DNA of 64,000 nucleotides, from NCBI GenBank assembly GCA_965198225.1, contig CBDAOY010000005.1, forward strand, positions 192,001 to 256,000, read 5' to 3'. Each line of letters starts with the position of its first letter. Position 1 is the stretch's first letter. The stretch comes from Terriglobia bacterium. Its GTDB lineage: Bacteria; Acidobacteriota; Terriglobia; 20CM-2-55-15. Made by a program: the position numbers and the translations under genes. This document shows, piece after piece, positions 9,721-18,860 of the stretch. Below the pieces are notes generated by a model. The model was not told where the DNA came from, did no database searches, and was given only the letters and a program-made list of their open reading frames with translations.

Positions 9721-9840
9721 GGGGTGCCTGTTCGATTTGCGGCCTGCGAGAGATGCTCTACACCGTGCGCCGCAGCAGCGAGGTCGTCAGGTTCAAACTC
9801 GCCCGCTTCCGGGGCAATGAGCTCGCCCAGCACGCCAAGG

Positions 9841-10236
9841 TCATTCCTGCTTGCTCGGAATGAGCCACACGCAGAAGAACGCCGTCACGACGTGCATTGC
9901 CGACAGGGCTACGACGGTCGCGCTATCGGCGCCGGTTCTAACGGGCCCTGCGAACGATACAACCAGGACGACCAGTGCGGTCAGCCGAAAGTTACGGGTG
10001 GCTTTGTCCGTGTAGCGTTCCAGGAGGAAGTACGCGACCACCGCACTCAGGACGCCTACTACACTGGCCCCGCTCACCCGCACGATATCGATGGTTACCT
10101 GCTCGGGAAGGTCCATCGACGCTCCGAGCGCAACGTAGAAAACAATCACGTTTCCCAGAACTGAACCGACTGCTGCCATGCCACCCGAACCGAGGAGACG
10201 GCTTATGCCAACGGAACTCTCTTTGTGTTCTGCCAT
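9841..10236 (-). CDS. Small 4-TM membrane protein (DUF6069-like)
   Basis: Four hydrophobic segments; RNF...ALVVLVVSF and LSAMHVV patterns. Confidence 0.65.
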   Translation of the reverse strand: MAEHKESSVGISRLLGSGGMAAVGSVLGNVIVFYVALGASMDLPEQVTIDIVRVSGASVVGVLSAVVAYFLLERYTDKATRNFRLTALVVLVVSFAGPVRTGADSATVVALSAMHVVTAFFCVWLIPSKQE

Positions 10237-10465
10237 CGTTTTGTTTCTCTGAAGAAACGTTTCGCCAGCGCCCTCGTTTGCGAGGTGTGCTTCATCTTAA
10301 TGCATAATTCGCCCTGCCAACGCAATGATCGTGCGACGACACACTCGCCGGGAAACAGGTCTTTTCTTTGACCCGGGTCCCTGCCTTTCGTAATATTCAT
10401 CCAAGTTTTCCTGAAAGTCAGCCGGAGGACGTGAAGCGGGCCGTTGAGCCGCCCTGGAGGTAGAT

Positions 10466-11980
10466 ATGCAGTGTCGTTGCTTATGGTTGGTTCTGGTCGT
10501 CGTATCCGTCGCCACCGCGGCGTGTACCAGCGAGGTAACATCGGCTTGTGCCGACCTCGCTGCCCTCAACATGACGGATGTGAGTGTCACGTCTTCAGAC
10601 GAGGTCGCAGCCGCAGACGGAGTGCCAGGCCACTGTAGCGTAAACGGGATGATCGACGGGCGGATCCGGTTCGCTTTGCTCCTTCCGGACGACTGGAATG
10701 GCCGGTTCGTCATGGGCGGCGGGGGCGGCTTTGTCGGAACCGTCCAGAACCAGGCACAGCCGTTCGCGCTGGCGCAGGGTTATGCGACCGTCGGTACCGA
10801 CACGGGTCACTCTGGAACCGGTATCGAGGCCGGTTGGGCTTTGGAGAATTCAGAAGCGGAGATCGACTTCGGCCACCGGGCCGTTCATCGGACCGCCGAT
10901 ACCGCAAAGAACCTGATCCGCGACTATTACGACGGCGACATCGCCCATTCCTACTTCTTCGGGTGCTCGCGCGGCGGCGGCCAAGGCATGATGCAATCCC
11001 AACGGTATCCCGCCGACTTCGACGGCATCGTTGTCGGGGCGCCTGCCTACGACTGGCCCGGCCTCGGGGCTGGTTTCATCCAGACGCAGCAGAAAATCTA
11101 CCCGGATCCCCACGACCTCGCCGCCCCTGTCATTTCCGCGGAGACTCGACACTTGCTGCAATCGGAGATCCTGAACCAATGCGATGCCCTGGACGGCGTC
11201 GAAGACGGCGTGATGGAGGATCCGCGCCGGTGCAGCTTCGGCACCGACAGCCTCCCACAATGCCCGGGCGGTGTCGCCGGGCCGGACTGTGTGACCGCCG
11301 CCCAGTTGGAAGCCATCAATGCCGTCTATGATGGACCAACTGTCGATGGCGAACAGGTCTTCGCTGGATTCCCCTTTGGAGGCGAAGCCGAGCCGGAGGG
11401 CTGGGGCAGCTGGATCACGGGAGGCGAAGGCGCGAACGGGCCCGGTGCGCCCAGCCTGCACTACGCCTTCGGCACGGAGATGTACAAGTACCTGGTCTTC
11501 GACGATCCGAACTGGGACTACACTTCCTATGATTTTTCCACCTATGAGTCCGACATCGCGTCGGCCGCGGAGATTCTCAACGCGACAGACACGGACCTGA
11601 CGCATTTCAAATCCAACGACGGAAAAATGATTATGTGGCAAGGCTGGTCCGACGCCGCAATCACCGCGCTCGGAACCATCGATTACTACGAGGGTGTCGA
11701 GGCGGGTGATCCTGACGTCCGCGACTACGCCCGTCTGTTCATGATGCCGGGTGTGCTTCACTGCTCGGGCGGGCCCGGGCCAGACGACGTCGACTGGCTC
11801 GCCGCAATCACCCATTGGGTAGAACGAGACACCGCGCCGGGTGAACTGTTGGCCACGAAGTTCGACGAGAACCGGACGGCTGTTCGGACGCGTCCGCTCT
11901 GTCCCTATCCGATGGTTGCCGCATACACAGGGTCGGGAAACACGGACGACGCGGCAAACTTCGAGTGCGTCGAACCCTGA
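10466..11980 (+). CDS. Tannase/feruloyl esterase family alpha/beta hydrolase, exported
   Basis: GCSRGG nucleophile with adjacent Cys, WSD Asp and VLHCSGG His-Cys; DTGH and RPLCPYP motifs; GGAGG RBS; signal peptide ending TAAC. Confidence 0.93.
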   Translation: MQCRCLWLVLVVVSVATAACTSEVTSACADLAALNMTDVSVTSSDEVAAADGVPGHCSVNGMIDGRIRFALLLPDDWNGRFVMGGGGGFVGTVQNQAQPFALAQGYATVGTDTGHSGTGIEAGWALENSEAEIDFGHRAVHRTADTAKNLIRDYYDGDIAHSYFFGCSRGGGQGMMQSQRYPADFDGIVVGAPAYDWPGLGAGFIQTQQKIYPDPHDLAAPVISAETRHLLQSEILNQCDALDGVEDGVMEDPRRCSFGTDSLPQCPGGVAGPDCVTAAQLEAINAVYDGPTVDGEQVFAGFPFGGEAEPEGWGSWITGGEGANGPGAPSLHYAFGTEMYKYLVFDDPNWDYTSYDFSTYESDIASAAEILNATDTDLTHFKSNDGKMIMWQGWSDAAITALGTIDYYEGVEAGDPDVRDYARLFMMPGVLHCSGGPGPDDVDWLAAITHWVERDTAPGELLATKFDENRTAVRTRPLCPYPMVAAYTGSGNTDDAANFECVEP

Positions 11981-12096
11981 CGCGAAGGAACCACCTGGCG
12001 TGAAGCCCACTCAAACGAGTCAGAGTCCCTGATCTGAGACCAGGTGGCCCGGTTAACATCGCTTTACTTGCAAGCAGGGGCATATTGTGGGCAAAT

Positions 12097-12348
12097 GACC
12101 TGAACAGGGGGCCCAAGCTCAACGCCAGGGAGCAGATCTAGCTCAAACGGAAAAACAAAGACAACGTCTTTCCGGAAGAGATCCGGGCTGAGCCCCGGGC
12201 CGGCGAGGTCCATCTTCTGTTTTCGAGGTCTGCCGGGATCACCGAAGCGGACAAGGACGTCGAGTTGGTCGTGGAACTGGACGGATTCAAGTTCAAGAAG
12301 AAGTTCAGCCTCAAAGACATGGTCGTGCACGGAGAGCTGGAGCTGTAG
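12097..12348 (+). pseudogene. C-terminal remnant of a hypothetical protein gene
   Basis: Coding-like frame ...EQI*LKRKNKDNVFPEEI...GFKFKKKFSLKDMVVHGELEL* with an in-frame TAG at 12139-12141 and no start codon. Confidence 0.5.
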
Positions 12349-12371
12349 AAGAGTGCCAAAGTCCCCCGGGG

Positions 12372-13103
12372 TCAGTGCGTCATCGCGTATAGGACGATGT
12401 TGATCCCCAGCCTCAGGGCTTCGGTGGAGGGTCTCAGCGGGAACGCGGGCCGGTCGATCCACTCCCAGAAATCGCCGACGTCGTTGTTGTAGCAGATGAT
12501 CACTCCCAGATCGCCGTTGTCGCGCTCGATGCCGTAGAAGATGGCGGCGCCACCGACCGCATAAGGCGATTCGATGTACAGGCTGTCGATGTCGTAGAAC
12601 GTGCTCAGCATCGGGTGGGTGTCGTCGAGAACCACCAGATCCCGCTCCGGGAACACGCGCATCAGGTTGGCTTCCATCATCTCGAAGTGCCTTGGGCCAT
12701 CGAAGTCGTCCATCATCACCAACCCGCCCCGCTCGACATATTCCCTGAAATTCCGTACTTCCACGTCACTGAGCCACATCATGCCCGGTTCTGAAATGTA
12801 GCCGAAGGGGTACTCGAATATCTCTTCGCTGGCAATCGGAACGATCCGATACGACATCTCCTCGACATCGATGATCGTGGCTTCACTCATGATCTGGTTG
12901 AGGTGTTGTTCGGCGTCCGGGTAGTCATGGGCCCATCCGCCCCTGCCGGCGTAGGCCCATCGCGCAAAGATGAATTCGGTTTCCGCAGGTTCGTTCTGAA
13001 AGACGCGACGCGAGCGCTGGCCGAACCGGCCGTACTGTCCGAGTGCCAGGCCCGTTACCAAAGAGACGAGGATTAGAGCCAGTCCCCAGCGGATGCGCAA
13101 CAT
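12372..13103 (-). CDS. DUF4159 domain protein, exported
   Basis: WAHDYPDAE, EYPFGYISEPG, GGLVMMDDF, NNDVGDFWE and GINIVLYAMTH motifs; signal peptide from ATG 13103. Confidence 0.85.
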   Translation of the reverse strand: MLRIRWGLALILVSLVTGLALGQYGRFGQRSRRVFQNEPAETEFIFARWAYAGRGGWAHDYPDAEQHLNQIMSEATIIDVEEMSYRIVPIASEEIFEYPFGYISEPGMMWLSDVEVRNFREYVERGGLVMMDDFDGPRHFEMMEANLMRVFPERDLVVLDDTHPMLSTFYDIDSLYIESPYAVGGAAIFYGIERDNGDLGVIICYNNDVGDFWEWIDRPAFPLRPSTEALRLGINIVLYAMTH

Positions 13104-13421
13104 GACTCGATTCTTCGCCCGACTCCTGGTGATTTCAAGCAAGAACCCCCGACAAGGGCGGTGGCACGACTCCTTGACACCACCTTCGGGCCGTTCTATA
13201 AGGGCTAGCCCGAGCCGCTGCCGGATCGTTGCGACCTGATGGGAATTAGGGACATATTTCAATTCGCTCTGGAATACCCGCTCGTTGTGCTTGCTATCGT
13301 GATCGCGGTGGTGTGGCTGTACCGGGACAAGGCAGGTCGATTGCCCCGAAGGATGTTCCCGGGTACAACTTCGCGAACCAACTGAGAAGCCTCTTCTTCG
13401 GAATGTGACCAGTGAAGATGA

Positions 13422-13702
13422 GTAGGCCGTTGTCCGTAGGCCGCTATTGCGGCAGGTTACGACAGCCCGCGCTTTTCAGCTCGACTGCCGACGACGCGGT
13501 CGGAACCAAGGATGGGGCGGGATAGCTCGTTGTTCGTAGGCCGTTATGGCGGCAGGTTACGGCAACCCGCTCTGATCAGCTCGACTGCGGCTGGACGCGG
13601 CCCGCACGGGGAGCAGGGGATGATCTAGAACGGTCCGGGAGCATGAGAATCGGTTGACTACACGAACACACTCCGTCAACGGCCTACGGCCTACGGACTA
13701 CT
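13422..13702. repeat. Intergenic repeat block: ~100-bp imperfect tandem duplication plus GTAGGCC/GGCCTAC heptamer runs
   Basis: gttgtccgtaggccgctattgcggcaggttacg...tcagctcgactgc recurs about 100 bp later. The inverted heptamer run caacggcctacggcctacggactac is at ~13677-13702. Confidence 0.65.
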
Positions 13703-13706
13703 TTCT

Positions 13707-14735
13707 TCAACGCCCCAGGATCGTGGAGTCGGGGAAGAAGGACTTCCAGGCAAACCAGTAGGAAACGAACGACGGCACTTCGTCGAGCCTGGTTCCGGAG
13801 AGCGGACCGGAGATCGCACGGCCTTCGAAACCGTCCCATTCCGAACCCGTCGCCGCGTCGCGCAGGATTCTGCGACCAGCTTCGTCCCGGTTGTAGCTGA
13901 AGGAGTGGTTCCCGGACCGAAAGACCTTCCCGGTGGTTCCGTCGGGCGTGGCGACGGCAATCAGTGCGCTGCCGTCGGCGGAAACCCCCAACGCCCGGGC
14001 GCGATTCGCGTCCTCGGTCAGGACAGCGAACGGGCGGCCATCGATGTGGAAGCTCAAGACCGTGGCTTTCGGACCGATGTCATCTTGCTCGAAACTCGTC
14101 GTACCGCTCGCTCCGATGACCATGTTCTGGTGGTAGCGGCGGCGCGACGCCCGAATTCGATCCAGATCGCCCATCGGAGGTACCGACATCACGAGGGTAT
14201 CTGGATGGAGGGTGTGCCACTGTTTCCAGGTCATCAGCGAAGAGGGATACATCTCGAGTGTCTTGCCTTCCATCTCACCCTGTATCGCCTTGCCGAGCGC
14301 CTGGGCCCACCACGACTCGGTCCGACGATCGTAGAACACCACGTTCTCGCGCCACAGCACACCGGTGAAACCAAACGTGAGTTCCTCGCCGTCGACCCTT
14401 CGGACATACACGATGCCCGTGTTGCACAGCGGTCACCAGGTCGCGGTGATCGGCGTGTCGCCGATCGTGTCGTTGACGATCTCCCTGCCGTATAGCAGGA
14501 GGACCGGATACGCCGTGACGGCGTCTCCCGCCGTCACGCCGATCACGAGGTCGTCGGCTTCCATGGAACCTGCCTCACCCGCTACGACGAACGGAGGAAA
14601 ATCCAGAACCTCCATGCCATCCTTGGGAGCACCGCGGACGACTGGATCACCGTCGACGACGGCTTCTTCCCGCCATCGCTGGCCACCTTCCAGGACGGTG
14701 AACGCAAGAGTCAGCAGAAGCAGCATCCGCATCAT
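13707..14735 (-). CDS. DUF3179-family exported selenoprotein (UxxC; Sec codon TGA at 14433-14435)
   Basis: ORFs 14433-14735 and 13707-14411 are in the same frame, separated only by TGA: EIVNDTIGDTPITATW-U-PLCNTG, where the family has CPLC. A SECIS-like hairpin follows; YDRRTESWWAQ and SYWFAW motifs are present. Confidence 0.88.
14401..14419 (-). promoter_or_regulatory. Bacterial SECIS-like hairpin of the DUF3179 gene
   Basis: CGGGCAU-[CGUGU]-AUGUCCG at +14..+32 after the in-frame UGA. Confidence 0.72.
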
Positions 14736-15238
14736 TTCTCCTCCAACAGTTCTTCAATCTTCGCCAGAAGCTGCTCGCGGCTGGCCAGCCCCACGTGCTT
14801 CATAGCGACCCAGCCTCGACGGTCGAGTATGAAGGTCGTCGGCACCCCGATGATTCCTCCTATTTCTTTGAGGATCTTCTCGTTCGATAACACGATCGGA
14901 TAATTGATCTCGAGATCGCGGATGAACCTGGCGATGCCTTCGCTGTTTTCCCCGTCCAGCGTGACACCGACGACCTCGAAACCCAGATCTTCGTACTGCC
15001 GCTTGAATTCTATGAACCATGGGATTTCCACACGGCATGGCGGACACCAGGTCGCCCAGAAATTGATGAGCCGGACTTCGCCGTCGAACTGGTCGGAAGA
15101 GACGACGCTCCCCTGCGAGCTCGGGAGTTCGAATGCGGGAAACGGCTGTCCTTCCTGAGCCTGTGCCTGGACCAGCTCCGGACTCTGCAACACCGGGGCC
15201 AGCAGCAAGAGGAGCGAAACCGTGATTCTTCTGATCAT
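14732..15238 (-). CDS. TlpA/ResA-like thiol-disulfide oxidoreductase, exported
   Basis: INFWATWCPPC and GVPTTFILDR motifs; signal peptide; the stop overlaps the DUF3179 ATG (ATGA). Confidence 0.92.
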   Translation of the reverse strand: MIRRITVSLLLLLAPVLQSPELVQAQAQEGQPFPAFELPSSQGSVVSSDQFDGEVRLINFWATWCPPCRVEIPWFIEFKRQYEDLGFEVVGVTLDGENSEGIARFIRDLEINYPIVLSNEKILKEIGGIIGVPTTFILDRRGWVAMKHVGLASREQLLAKIEELLEEK

Positions 15239-15245
15239 TTCGCGA

Positions 15246-15599
15246 CTACTTGTCAGACCAGACAGCCAGTTCGTTCCCGCTCGGATCCGCAAAGTGAAAA
15301 CGTCGGCCGCCGGGAAACTCGAAGGTCTGGCGGACAATCGTTCCGCCTGATTCCCGGACTTGCGACTCTATCGCCTCGAGATCGACTGCATAGATGACCA
15401 CGAGAGGTCCGCCACCCTGGTTGGCCTCGACCCTACTGAACCCACCCCCGAGGCGGCCGTCGCTGAAGCTCGTGTAGTCCGGCCCGAAGTCCTGGAAGGC
15501 CCATCCGAAGACGCTGTGATAGAAGCTCTTGGTCGCCTCGATATCCGTCGCAGAAAATTCCACATAGTCGATCCGGCGATCCTGCTCGGATTGACTCAT
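15246..15599 (-). CDS. VOC/glyoxalase family protein
   Basis: IDYVEF...FY..VFGW.F.DFGPDY...FPGGRRFHFADPSGNELAVWS; AAGGAGG RBS. Confidence 0.92.
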   Translation of the reverse strand: MSQSEQDRRIDYVEFSATDIEATKSFYHSVFGWAFQDFGPDYTSFSDGRLGGGFSRVEANQGGGPLVVIYAVDLEAIESQVRESGGTIVRQTFEFPGGRRFHFADPSGNELAVWSDK

Positions 15600-15612
15600 C
15601 CGGCCTCCTTGC

Positions 15613-16662
15613 TTAAGGACCCTTGCGGCGCAGTTCGACCGGCGCGCGGCTGCCATCATGCCGGGAGAGCTTCACGACGAAGTCGACTGGGACTTCAGCC
15701 GGCAGGTAGCAGATCGTGTCGTCGCAGGCCTGGTACTTGAAGCTGCCGCCGATCCTGATCTCGTCTTGCCGGGCGCGCGCCGAAATCGTCACATCTTTCC
15801 GGATCCGTACCGTGTGGTGGAAAACCGGCACTCGCTCGTCGATCGCGGGGAGGTGAAGAATCTCCGCGCCGGGAAACTCGGTCTCGTGTGTGATCAGGAG
15901 CGGATCTTCGGCGATGTTGAACTCGCTCGCGGTATAGCCCTCCACTCCGGGCGCATAGATGTGCATCCTGTCGGGCAGCTCCACATCCAGGACGAGCGTA
16001 ATTCGGTTGCCCGAGCTCGCCTCATCATCGCTCGAGTACGCCGTCAGCTTGAGGTGGTCGGTCTGCACCTCGACACGCCGGGCCCCCGCAACGCCGAATT
16101 CCCGGGTCAGGATGGAATCCGCCGTGTAACGCTCCCGATGATCCTGTTCAAAATACTTGGCCTTGACGATTCCGTTTGCGTCCACGACGTAGGTGCCGGG
16201 GAACGGCACGCCATACCATTCGTGGTCTTCGGGGATGTTCGTATTCAGGATGTCGAAAGCTCCGATGATTTTCGAGTCGGGATCAGCAAGCAGCGGGTAG
16301 GTGATCCCGACGCGTTGGGCAAAGTGCCGGATCACCTCCGGGGTGTCGTAGGTGATCGCGACCAACCCCAGGCCCTGCTCTGCCAATTCATCCAGGGTGT
16401 CTTCCAGCTCCACGAGCTGGGTCTTGCAGAACGGTCACCAGTCTGCGGAACGGTTGACGTAAACCATCGCGCCGTTCGTACCCTTGATCGAATCGAAATC
16501 GACCATGCGGCCGCTCTGGTCGAGTGCCCGAAAGTCCGGGATCCTTTCGCCGACTTCGGGGCCGGTGCGGATGTTCTGATCGTACGGATCTTGCTGGCGC
16601 TGCGCGAAGGTTGGCACGGTCCACAGAAGCAGCACGAGGATGAACGGGGGAACACGTTTCAC
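15613..16662 (-). CDS. Peroxiredoxin-like (AhpC/TSA, thioredoxin-fold) selenoprotein fused to a C-terminal DsbD-alpha-like domain (UxxC; Sec codon TGA at 16435-16437)
   Basis: ORFs 16435-16725 and 15613-16413 are in frame across a single TGA: GPEVGERIPDFRALDQSG...RSADW-U-PFCKTQLVEL...YPLLADPDS...PFPGTYVVD. C-terminal YQACDDTICYLP. GTG start with GAGGAG RBS and signal peptide. Confidence 0.9.
16404..16420 (-). promoter_or_regulatory. Bacterial SECIS-like hairpin of the Prx-like gene
   Basis: CCAGCUC-[GUG]-GAGCUGG perfect stem at +15..+31 after the in-frame UGA. Confidence 0.75.
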
Positions 16663-16698
16663 AGGGTCACTCTCCTCGAATCTCAAAGGACTTGAAAC

Positions 16699-16707
16699 AT
16701 CATAGCA
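16699..16707 (-). promoter_or_regulatory. Putative extended -10 promoter of the selenoprotein operon
   Basis: TGC-TATGAT about 37 nt upstream of the GTG start, with TTGCAA further upstream (15-nt spacer). Confidence 0.4.
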
Positions 16708-16887
16708 TCGCGTGAGGTCTTGCAAAATCTATTGATGATTACGGTAAGGCAGCTGTCAGCTTTCCTCGCTCTGCTCTTCGCCTTCTGGCTGGCCTAAGCT
16801 CATGGCTGATATCCAAACGCTGATTGCTCATGGCGGTCGGCGATTGGTAACGGATGGCTAAAGAGTAGAAAAGCCTGCAGGAAAGAC

Positions 16888-16916
16888 TTGCATTCGAGTC
16901 GTATACACACTATGGT
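16888..16916 (+). promoter_or_regulatory. Putative sigma70 promoter with palindromic operator-like boxes
   Basis: TTGCAT-17 nt-TATGGT; GTATAC and GTGTACAC palindromes flank the -10. Confidence 0.5.
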
Positions 16917-16940
16917 TTGCGTGTACACCACTCATCGTGA

Positions 16941-17036
16941 AGGTTGTCCGGCGGGCACGGGACCCCAGCCCGCAAAGCTGGCAGCGTAGTCGACTTAGGT
17001 CGACTTAACTCGCCAGCCAGCCCGTCGGTCAACCTC
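16941..17036 (+). ncRNA. Candidate structured ncRNA of unknown family
   Basis: Closing stem aggttgtccggcgggc / gcccgtcggtcaacct encloses gctggc..agtcgac-ttag-gtcgact..gccagc. It lies downstream of a promoter with no credible ORF. Confidence 0.4.
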
Positions 17037-17161
17037 GTTCCATTGTGATCGCCCTTCCCAGCTTTTTCCGAGAAACGGCTCTAACTAGCATAGGACTGTG
17101 CCATCCCGGATTCTGTAACGAGGATTACACAATCTCCCCACAAGCTACCCCCCCCCCCCCA

Positions 17162-18043
17162 TTAACCGCCGGATTCGAGCCACGACCGTATTCCCTGCCC
17201 GATATCGACCGGTGAATCCTCCTGGATGAAGTGGACGCCCTTGACCGTGATTTCGCTCTGGTTTGGCCAACCCCTGCAGAAGTCCCTCTGAGCGCCGGTG
17301 AGGATCGCGCCCGGTTCCGCGTTGACGAAGAACTTGGGCACATCGGAACGGCTCAACCATTCCGCATAGTCCGCGACGATGTCGTGGACGTCAGCCGGAT
17401 CGCCGTCGATCGGAATCTGGCGCGGCCACGTCAGCGTCGGGCGCCGACCCTCCCCGGCCTCCGCAAAAGGCCTTCGGTAGACTTCCATCTCATCGTCGGT
17501 CAGCTTGCGCAGCATGGAGCCGGGTAGCACGCGTTCGACGAAGACGTTCTGTTCGAGCACCATGGTCTCGCCGGCCGGAGATCGAAAGCCTTCGAACACG
17601 CCGCGAGCCGCCTCGGGCCAATCCGACCAGTGGAGCGGTCGAACAATCGCTTCCATGTAGGCGATGGCTCGCACCGATTCCCGGTGTCGGTTCGCCCAGT
17701 CGAAGCCCAGAGCCGATCCCCAGTCGTGCACAACGAAGGCGACGCGTTCGGTGATGCCGAGTTGGTCGAACAGGGTGTCCAGATACTGTCGATGTTCGAC
17801 GAATCGGTAGCGCTCCGGGCCGCTCTGTTCGAGCTTGTCCGAATCGCCCATCCCGATCAGGTCGGGTGCAACCAGGCGCCCGAGCCCCTCCAGGTGCGGC
17901 ATGACGTCGCGCCAGAGGAAAGACGACGTGGGGTTGCCATGAAGAAAAACGATCGGGTCCCCCTCGCCGACTTCGACATACGCCATCTTGCGGCCGAGAA
18001 CCTCGATCTTCTTTTTTTGGTATCGCGCCTCGGGAGCACTCAT
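17162..18043 (-). CDS. dhaA: Haloalkane dehalogenase (DhaA/LinB-type, HLD-II)
   Basis: [16 protein letters not shown] (Asp nucleophile plus Trp), YMEA (Glu), [12 protein letters not shown] and [10 protein letters not shown] (His). Confidence 0.93.
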   Translation of the reverse strand: MSAPEARYQKKKIEVLGRKMAYVEVGEGDPIVFLHGNPTSSFLWRDVMPHLEGLGRLVAPDLIGMGDSDKLEQSGPERYRFVEHRQYLDTLFDQLGITERVAFVVHDWGSALGFDWANRHRESVRAIAYMEAIVRPLHWSDWPEAARGVFEGFRSPAGETMVLEQNVFVERVLPGSMLRKLTDDEMEVYRRPFAEAGEGRRPTLTWPRQIPIDGDPADVHDIVADYAEWLSRSDVPKFFVNAEPGAILTGAQRDFCRGWPNQSEITVKGVHFIQEDSPVDIGQGIRSWLESGG

Positions 18044-18194
18044 GGACAACTCGTTTCGTCCAGCGATCGCCGGACGCAGGCAGTATACGCCAGGATCCCT
18101 ACATCAGCCCCGCGCCACCCGATAGGGCTTGCGGAACCGAAGGGGCTTCATCTCACCGCCACCCTCTGGGGGAAGGTTGATACCATGCCCGGGA

Positions 18195-18860
18195 ATGCTG
18201 TCGCATGAGCAAGCTCGGGAGTTCTACGATCGGTTCGGATCCAAACAGGACCGCCAGAGATTCTACGAAGACCCCGCATTCGATCAGATGATCCTCCACG
18301 CCGACTTCGAAAATGCCCGTTCGGTTTTCGAACTCGGATGCGGCACCGGACGTCTTGCCCGCCGTCTGCTCGAGAACCGCTTGCGCCAGAGCGCATCGTA
18401 TCTGGGTGTCGATGTGAGCTCCGCGATGGTCGGCCTGGCCCGGGAGCGACTCGAGGGATTCGGCTCGCGCGTCCGGGTACGCCAGACAGCCGGCACGCTG
18501 CACCTGGAAGAGGCCGATGAGTCGTTCGACCGTTTCATCTCGACCTACGTCCTCGACCTCCTGTCCGTCGAAGACATCGAAATCGCATTGAGTGAGGCGC
18601 ACCGGGTTCTAGTGTCGGGAGGCCTGCTCGGGCTCGCGAGCCTGACCCACAGCCAGGGGGTGGGATCACGACTGATCGAAAGAGTGTGGATGGCGGCGCA
18701 TTCGCTGCGGCCGGCCTGGGTGGGCGGCTGCCGTCCGATTCGGATCGAGGAATACCTGCGGGAAGTAGAGTGGAAGATCGTCCACGTGGGACAGGTGTGC
18801 CGCTACGGACTGTGTTCACAGGTCGCGGTGGCCAGGAAAAACTCGGGGATCACGCGGTGA
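18195..18860 (+). CDS. Class I SAM-dependent methyltransferase
   Basis: VFELGCGTG, GVDVS..MV and HRVLVSGG motifs; C-terminal VGGCRPI. Confidence 0.88.
   Translation: MLSHEQAREFYDRFGSKQDRQRFYEDPAFDQMILHADFENARSVFELGCGTGRLARRLLENRLRQSASYLGVDVSSAMVGLARERLEGFGSRVRVRQTAGTLHLEEADESFDRFISTYVLDLLSVEDIEIALSEAHRVLVSGGLLGLASLTHSQGVGSRLIERVWMAAHSLRPAWVGGCRPIRIEEYLREVEWKIVHVGQVCRYGLCSQVAVARKNSGITR

Noticed and set aside
13162-13178. Sigma-54 promoter TGGCACGACTCCTTGA
   Set aside because: The spacing is off by one and the -12 GC is missing.
13707-16662. Treating the split DUF3179 and Prx ORFs as nonsense pseudogenes
   Set aside because: Both stops are TGA exactly at the redox Cys position, with matching downstream hairpins and no other lesions.
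16960-17015. c-di-GMP-I riboswitch (GCAAAGC match)
   Set aside because: The upstream GGCAAAC/GNRA elements are missing and there is no downstream gene on that strand.
17148-17160. Poly-C run as a phase-variation tract
   Set aside because: It lies just past the dhaA stop in non-coding sequence; its length may be an artefact and it has no evident target.
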